Shown piece after piece: positions 34,007 through 40,648 of a stretch of 40,648 bases of DNA (positions are counted from its first letter, which is position 1; each line of letters begins with the position of its first letter). Source of the stretch: Nemertoderma westbladi (taxonomy: Eukaryota; Animalia; Xenacoelomorpha); the NCBI GenBank assembly GCA_032718475.1, contig JAUCBJ010007217.1:1-40648 (forward strand), in the 5' to 3' direction. Under the pieces are notes generated by a model. It ran no database searches. It was not told where the DNA came from and saw only the letters and a program-made list of their open reading frames with translations. The translations under genes and the position numbers were made by a program.

Positions 34007-36031
34007 TCAGTTAGATTTAATATAAAGTAAACTGTTACTACGAGTTTCGTACAGAAATAATCCACTATTATTATACACAATAGCCATCCCACCGAACCCG
34101 TTTACTGGCACGGCACCCAATCGGGATACTTTAGTTCTGCTTCTATCGAATTTATAAACCCCCAGATAATGATTCCCTTCTTCTTCAAGAGGAATCAAGT
34201 AATACAATGATGGATACCGCAGTAGTTCCATCCCACCAATAGGGATGGATTTACCCCAATCAAGAACGGATATCCTTCTATTCAATACGAGAGTAACGTT
34301 GGGTCCGGTGCCGGTAGCATTATAGCCACATAGGGATAACTTATGTTCGTTAGGTTGGAATAATCCGACGTTTAAAGAGCCCATTAAACTAGAGCTGGTA
34401 GTGGAAAGGAGTTTCCCGGGTTCTTCGATATGGGATATCCATTCCTTAGAACAATCGCGCCGGTCCAGTTTAATCACGCAGTTGTTTGACGTTTGCAGAT
34501 AATCACGATGGATACCGACCATTGGGCCTATTGGTTGATCGCGGTATCTCTCTTTACCAAGACACAAATGTTTGACATCACCTTCGTCTGGGTTTATTAC
34601 AAATACACATTCTTCCGTTGCGGCGATCCAGGTTTCCTCGTAGTAATTATCTAGAAACTTAATCTGTTTCTTTTCGGCGTTGCAGTCGGATTCTAGAATA
34701 ATAGGTACACCACGTAAAGATAAAGAATCATCGTCGTTGAATTCGTAAATATAAATCCTGTTAGTTAGGGAATCGGTTATCCCCAGGTTCCCATGACGAC
34801 CACCAATGGGACCGACTTTACCGATTCCCATTCTCCGACAGTCGATCCGACATGTTTCCTTTAGCGGCGGATCTCTTAATAAAATATCTTCGTATTGGCG
34901 AAGGTCAAAACGTTTCTCAACTTCCAGTTCTTCTAATGGAACCGCCATCTTCTCTCCTCCATCGCCGCTATCTATAATATCAACGCGGCCGGTAATCCCT
35001 TCCAGGTCCTTCTGTAACTCGACCGGAACGAAACGAATTTCCGGTACCTCTACAACTTCGATCTCAGAAATCCGCTGCTCGATTTCTTTGTATTTCTTTA
35101 GGATATTCTTGGCTTCCGCTATTTCTTTGATCAACTCGGAATTCTTTATCTTCTTATAATATTCGTTTTCTTCAGGAATTTCGATATTAGCGAGAATTTC
35201 CTGCGCTGCTGATATTTTTCCCACCGTTTTGGTATTTAAATCCCGAACCTGCTTCATCATTGTATCTTCGGCTGCTTTTAATTCGTTGTATAAATATTGG
35301 AAGTGTTTGCGGATGTCGTCAGTGGAAACTTTAGTGACGTCATCTAAATCCCCCAGAATTCCTTCCAACACTGTTAGTTTAGTCTCCAATCGTGTTCTCA
35401 ACTTTCCCGGACCTTCTACTAAGTTTCGTCGGATTGAATTACAGACTTTGTTCGTATACTCGACCTCGTGATCTTTAGAAACATCGTCTACGGAATGACA
35501 TTGGCGACAAACAGTACATTCGCATTTCTCGCAATAATGGCGTTTGTTTAGACCGTGGGTTAGGCACAGTTCGGGATCCGGTTCTTTAGATCCACCAACA
35601 GCTCCTTGTTTATCGAGATCTACGTCATTAGACCAACATCCCGTCGGTTCTCCAGCTGCTCCCGAATTTGGTGGATTGGCGACACAGACGTGGTAAAGTT
35701 CGCACTTTCTGCACAATTCGGTGTCACAACGTTCGCAAGGATTCGTTCCTTTGTTTTTTCCGCACTCGTCGCATGTTTTTTCTTTTCGAATCATATCAAT
35801 CATAGAGGTGACGACATGACTTACTGTCGGCAAAGAATCCAGTTTCTCTACCTCGGTGGGATTCCGACAACGAGGACATTCCAACGAAAATCCATCACCA
35901 TGTTGTTTAGAAAATTTGATGATGCATTTGTAACAGAAACAGTGGGAGCAGTTGATTAAAAGTCGAGGCTGATGTAAAAGTCGTAGACATACGGAACATT
36001 CGAACTCTCGTTCCAGTTGCTCCCGGTCCAT
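34007..36031 (-). CDS. TRIM/RBCC E3 ubiquitin ligase (RING, two B-boxes, coiled coil, divergent beta-rich C-terminal domain), single exon, nested in the PIFO-like intron
   Basis: C3HC4 RING CSVC..CSHCFCYKC..CPRC; B-box1 CDEC..CERC..LCRKC..H; B-box2 CLTH..YCEKC..VCRQC..H; helical region; C-terminus compatible with a degenerate NHL-like propeller. Confidence 0.9.
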   Translation of the reverse strand: MDREQLEREFECSVCLRLLHQPRLLINCSHCFCYKCIIKFSKQHGDGFSLECPRCRNPTEVEKLDSLPTVSHVVTSMIDMIRKEKTCDECGKNKGTNPCERCDTELCRKCELYHVCVANPPNSGAAGEPTGCWSNDVDLDKQGAVGGSKEPDPELCLTHGLNKRHYCEKCECTVCRQCHSVDDVSKDHEVEYTNKVCNSIRRNLVEGPGKLRTRLETKLTVLEGILGDLDDVTKVSTDDIRKHFQYLYNELKAAEDTMMKQVRDLNTKTVGKISAAQEILANIEIPEENEYYKKIKNSELIKEIAEAKNILKKYKEIEQRISEIEVVEVPEIRFVPVELQKDLEGITGRVDIIDSGDGGEKMAVPLEELEVEKRFDLRQYEDILLRDPPLKETCRIDCRRMGIGKVGPIGGRHGNLGITDSLTNRIYIYEFNDDDSLSLRGVPIILESDCNAEKKQIKFLDNYYEETWIAATEECVFVINPDEGDVKHLCLGKERYRDQPIGPMVGIHRDYLQTSNNCVIKLDRRDCSKEWISHIEEPGKLLSTTSSSLMGSLNVGLFQPNEHKLSLCGYNATGTGPNVTLVLNRRISVLDWGKSIPIGGMELLRYPSLYYLIPLEEEGNHYLGVYKFDRSRTKVSRLGAVPVNGFGGMAIVYNNSGLFLYETRSNSLLYIKSN

Positions 36032-36863
36032 TGCTCTGTTGGTGCAATGTAGCCTGGCTGTTTGGTAACGGTTGTTGTGTTGTGTTGTAGTACACAGAAG
36101 TACAGCATACAGTCTGTACTGCAGTATTTCTTCAGTATGGTACCGATTATGGCAGGTAATGCAGCCTAATTCTGTAATTAATAGCTGTACAGAGTAGGCC
36201 TAAAACTGTGGATAGTTTTGAGATGAGTCCACTGACAGACTGAATTGTGACAAACATTGGCCAGTTGGCTGGCAGCTGCACACAAATCCCATATCGGTGA
36301 ATTTATATTTAAATTAATTACGTTAAATTCTCTATTTAAGGGAGAGGAGCAGAGCAGGTTATTCGTGGCACGATATTCTAACCATAACAATAAATTAAAC
36401 TATCATTAGTTTTTATTTTTACATTTTTATTTTTGAGAGCAATCATCTGTTATTTGCGTCGAGTATATGAATATGTATTGCGTCGAAAAGCCGATTAATT
36501 TATTAATATTATTATATAACATAATATATTTTATCAATATATTTTAAAATGAATTGCGCCCGCATGCGGTGCAATTTATTAATTACTCAAAACAAAGTAA
36601 AAAATATATAATATAGCACAAGTTAATATAAATTTGTTGTAAGCGACTGTTGAGAGGTCTGAAGAATTGGAATCGCGAATCGAATTCACGCAATCGTTTG
36701 TTCAACCAGAAATGAGCCGTCGTTTGGTTGTATTAATTTTTCTACAAACATGCCGCCTATGATCGCTACCACATACTATATTAATATACCGGTATATAAA
36801 TATTATTTTATATTATTATTTTACAATATTAATTATACTGTGTAATTTGTATTATATTTGCAG

Positions 36864-37041
36864 TCCAGGCGATTACGAACACATCGTTACACAGGGACGA
36901 AGGGTGGAATTCGACAGAGCGTTTAATAAACCAATTGGATTAAAGGGTCCCATCTATACAAGTAAATCCGACAGACCAATGAGTGCAAGCGAACTCAAAC
37001 GATTGAAACTTAAAGAAGCTTATCTGAAACTATATTGGTAG
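36864..37041 (+). CDS. PIFO: PIFO-like terminal coding exon
   Basis: TTTGCAG acceptor in phase 2 completes PSPAPGDY; ends KLKEAYLKLYW*, matching the PIFO C-terminal AYLSLYY motif. Confidence 0.8.
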
Positions 37042-37699
37042 CGTATAGTTGAGCTGCAGAATACTGTACAGTGTTCGAATAGGCCCACAAAACTATTTTA
37101 TATTATAGACACCATGTGTGTACAGCTTAGCACAAAACTGTTATTATATTACCGTACAGTATTTAACATATTTTCATTGTGTATTTAATTGATTGATTGT
37201 GAATTAAATATGGATGCTGGATGGTACGTACTGCAGCACTTAATGGCTACCAATGGACTGCGGCATAAAATGTCAATATATTTAAGGACCACATGCCACA
37301 ATTTCGCCATGACGAACTTTTCATACCAAGTTTGATTTAGATGCAATTCGGCATGCGTTAGGCCTTCGCGCAGCACGCCGCGCAAAATCGGCTTAAAATT
37401 TTTACATTTCCATTAAATCCGCGCTATAGTAAATAACCATATATTAAATGACTATATATAAATTAAGATTTAAGTGGAAATCAAATGTGCAAACCGGTTG
37501 CCCCCAAGGAAAAAGTAAAAGTTTATACAATTCCACCGACTTTTTATTTTCACACCAAGATTAACCCTAACAATACGAGAGGAATTCCAACACAGAAACT
37601 AAAAGAAACAGCACAGAATATCGCAACAATAAATATTATTAGAACCAAAAAATAGCAAATGTTAATGTAACTAAAAGGAGGAACGATTAGCATTAAATT

Positions 37700-39927
37700 C
37701 TATAATGATTTATTCATCAACAGGAGGATCTCTAGAGCTTTATTTAAACGATCTATCTCGGTTTCTAATTGTTCCGATTTCTCTAGATTGCTCTTCTGTA
37801 CATGTTCTGGTGCCTTTCGGCTATAGTCCTCAACAGCCATCTTATCGCGGAGACTGGACAGCTGATTGGTCAGTTGGGAACTTTTACTTTGTAACTTAGC
37901 AACCTCTTTAACCGGGTCGATAAGACCTTGAAGTAAAATATGAACTTCACACAGGTTGGAAACGGTCGCTATAGCGCACCCAGTAGGAGCTTCCTCATTG
38001 GCCAATACGACGACATCTGAGCTGTTAGTCAAAGTCATTAAACACGTCATAAAGGTCGACAATTGGTCTCGCATCGCCGGATCAGAAGATTTAATGAATA
38101 AACTTGTTTTCTGTTTCGGAGTGAGTTGGTAGTCAGCTCGGAGGGACCTCGTTGCCTTGACGACCTCCATAACAGCGTTAAATTCCTCTTCTAACTTAAC
38201 ATCCCTATAGCGACTGTAGGAGGCCGGGTCGGGGTACTCAGCGACGCAAATACTAGGCGTGACGTCATCAGGATACCTCGGCAACCGCTGCCACAACTCC
38301 TCGGTGATAAACGGCATCATAGGATGGAGGAGTCGTAGACCTGTATCTAAGCAACCGTATAGAACGCGTTTAGATACCAGGAGGTCGGCGTCTCTCGTGG
38401 GTTTGAGGTATTCGAGGTAAATATCGCAGAGTTCGTATTGCCACAGGTTGTAGCAAGCGGTGGTAACGTTGGGGAATAAGTACTCGCTCCAACCGGTGTG
38501 AGCGGCGCTCACCGCATCGGCTAGGCGACTCAACAACCAGCGTTCTAACGGTGGCAGCTCGCGGGGCAGCTCGCTACTAGGCGAGTACCCCTCGTCGCCG
38601 AGGTAACCCAGAGCGAAACGAGTCGCGTTCCAGATCTTATTGCAGAAGAAACGGTACCCCTGAATGCGGTTCACGTCTAAATTGATGTCGCGGCCTTGGG
38701 CGGTGTAAGCGCACAGCGTGAAGCGCAGCGCGTCGGTTCCGCATTGCGGGATCCCCTGCGGGAAGTCGCTGCGTTGCCCCTCCTTAGCGCGCACTAACTC
38801 ACTAACATCCAGGTTACCTTGTTCTAGAATAGCGTGTAACCCAGACAGCGATATCCCGCGGATTACGTCGACTGGGTCTACCACGTTGCCCAGCGACTTG
38901 GACATCTTGCGACCGTGAGCGTCGCGTACCATCGCGTGTAGGTAGACGGAAGTGAAGGGCAACCGGCCCGTCAGCTTCAAACCCAGCATCACCATGCGCG
39001 CCCACCCAGAAGAATATGATATCGTGTCCGGTTTCCAGGAGAGTTCCCGGGTAGAACCGACTTAGATCGGCCGTTTCCGACGGCCAACCGAACACCGAGA
39101 ATGGGAACAACCCAGACGAGAACCACGTGTCCAAAACGTCTTCGTCTTGCGATAAACTCAGAGATTCCGGCGACACGTTCAACTTCTTGGCGGCCTTTAA
39201 CGCGAGCTTCTTCGACGTCCCTCCCGGAGACCCAACAGCAGCCGTCCTCCTCGCCAACAGCAATGGTTCCGCTAGCCGCCCCTCCAGTCACGGTAACCCG
39301 GTACGCCGGCACACGGTGTCCCCACCACAACTGTCTACTGATGCACCAATCCCGGATGTTATCCAGCCAATTAAACCAGGTCCGGTTGTGCATATCCGGA
39401 ATTATCTTGAGGTCCCCGCTGCGGACGGCTTCCGCAGCGGCCTCAGCCATAGCGCGACAATCCACGTACCATTGTGGCTTGAGTTGCGGCTCGACTATGT
39501 CCTTACTGCGGTTGCAGACCGGGACTACCATAGGATTGTCCACGGTGCCGCGGTACAACCCACGTTGTTTCAACGCGTCCCAGCACCGCAACCCTTGCTG
39601 TGAACCGCGGCAACCCGCGGAACTGTTCGCAGCAGTCGGTGATCCTCCCCGTGTCGTCGATGGCCCGGAGTATCGGGAGGTTGTGTCGCAATGCTACCGC
39701 GTAGTCCGTGTGGTCGTGAGCCGGGGTGATCTTCACGGCCCCGGTCCCAAAGTCCCGGTCCACGAAGGTGTCCGTTACAATGGGGATCAGGGATCCTGTG
39801 AAGGGATGCACCACGGATTGCCCGTGTAGATGGAGGTACCGGGGATCCTCTGGGTGGACAGCCACTCCGGTGTCGCCTAACATAGTCTCCACCCGGGTCG
39901 TAGAGACTATCAGCTCCTCCGTAGAAT
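37700..39927 (-). CDS. VARS1: Valyl-tRNA synthetase, 3' exon (~2.2 kb) with three apparent +1 frameshifts; the gene continues beyond the window
   Basis: [55 protein letters not shown] (38894-38908), anticodon-binding domain and C-terminal coiled coil; AG acceptor at 39928-39929. Confidence 0.95.
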
Positions 39928-39982
39928 CTAAATAAATTTATAAAGTTAAATCGTCTAATTATATAACTACCGTATTTATATT

Positions 39983-40376
39983 GCTGAGCACAAAAAGGTC
40001 ATATGTGACAAAAGTGTCATTCTGAGATAATCACACTTTTGCGTTTTTTATTACATGCACATTACAGTTGATGTTGGACATTCTGTATTTTTGCATGCAA
40101 GTACATAGATGATTTCAAAATCTTTACTTTCAAAAATTTAAACTTCAAAATTGTTGCATATATAGGCAGTATTGTACATAAGACCTTTTTTGTTTATGAA
40201 TATGTACAGACTCATAATATGACACATATATCTTACTCCAGGATACCAGGCAGTATTGTTCATATGATCTCAGAACCTATTGGTAAGTTAAGTTACTGTA
40301 GGTCTCATAGGACCTCTGTATGAGCTATAACTCTGATTCTAAGAAACATGTCACATAGGACCTTTTTATGCTCAGC
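39983..40376. mobile_element. MITE-like element in the ValRS intron
   Basis: 28-bp TIRs GCTGAGCACAAAAAGGTCATATGTGACA (39983-40010) and TGTCACATAGGACCTTTTTATGCTCAGC (40349-40376), 2 mismatches; no clear TSD. Confidence 0.8.
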
Positions 40377-40382
40377 CCTTCA

Positions 40383-40648
40383 ATTTATTATTGGTGTTTT
40401 GGCTTGAATGAGTGGTTCCATATTACTATAACTTTTTGTTGGGCACAGCTTTGCAAAGTCGGCAATAACGTCCAGGTGGGATCGAACTGGTGACCTCCGA
40501 GTTGGAAGTCTGACGCCCTAACCATTCAGCTAGCGGCTCAGGTAAAAGATATACCTGAAAAAACTATTTGATGCCTTGTATGTCCAGAATTGATCTCCAC
40601 ATGGCCTCCCATCTGCCAATACCATAATATGCTGCCACTGTGCTCAAT
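40383..40648. mobile_element. Second, uninterrupted copy of the tRNA-like-containing repeat (tRNA-like module 40471-40538, -), running off the window
   Basis: Colinear similarity with 12758-12778 joined to 18946-19175. Confidence 0.85.

Overview
Eukaryotic (invertebrate animal-like) genomic DNA, not prokaryotic. It has spliceosomal introns, AT-rich intergenic DNA, poly-G tracts and many transposon remnants. Host genes: an intact but apparently catalytically dead Crypton-type tyrosine recombinase (2659-4071 +), intronless WDR48/UAF1 (7579-9639 +), intronless TMEM106-like gene (11526-12293 -), a spliced pitchfork/PIFO (CIMAP3)-like gene that the ORF track misses (exons ~21482-21654, 21983-22084, 22406-22533, 36864-37041 +), an antisense TRIM gene (34007-36031 -) nested in the 14.3 kb last intron of that gene, and the large 3' exon of valyl-tRNA synthetase (37700-39927 -) carrying three +1 homopolymer frameshifts. 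Mobile DNA: a complete, very young BEL/Pao LTR retrotransposon (12779-18940 -; identical 277-bp LTRs, TGGGT TSD, unusual LCDD RT motif, non-canonical PBS) inserted into a tRNA-like-containing repeat whose uninterrupted copy lies at the window end; a second, decayed BEL/Pao element lacking PR/RT/RH, with an extra zinc-knuckle ORF downstream; a CRE-like non-LTR endonuclease fragment; two MITEs; and a compound minisatellite. All calls come from reading motifs by eye; no searches were run.
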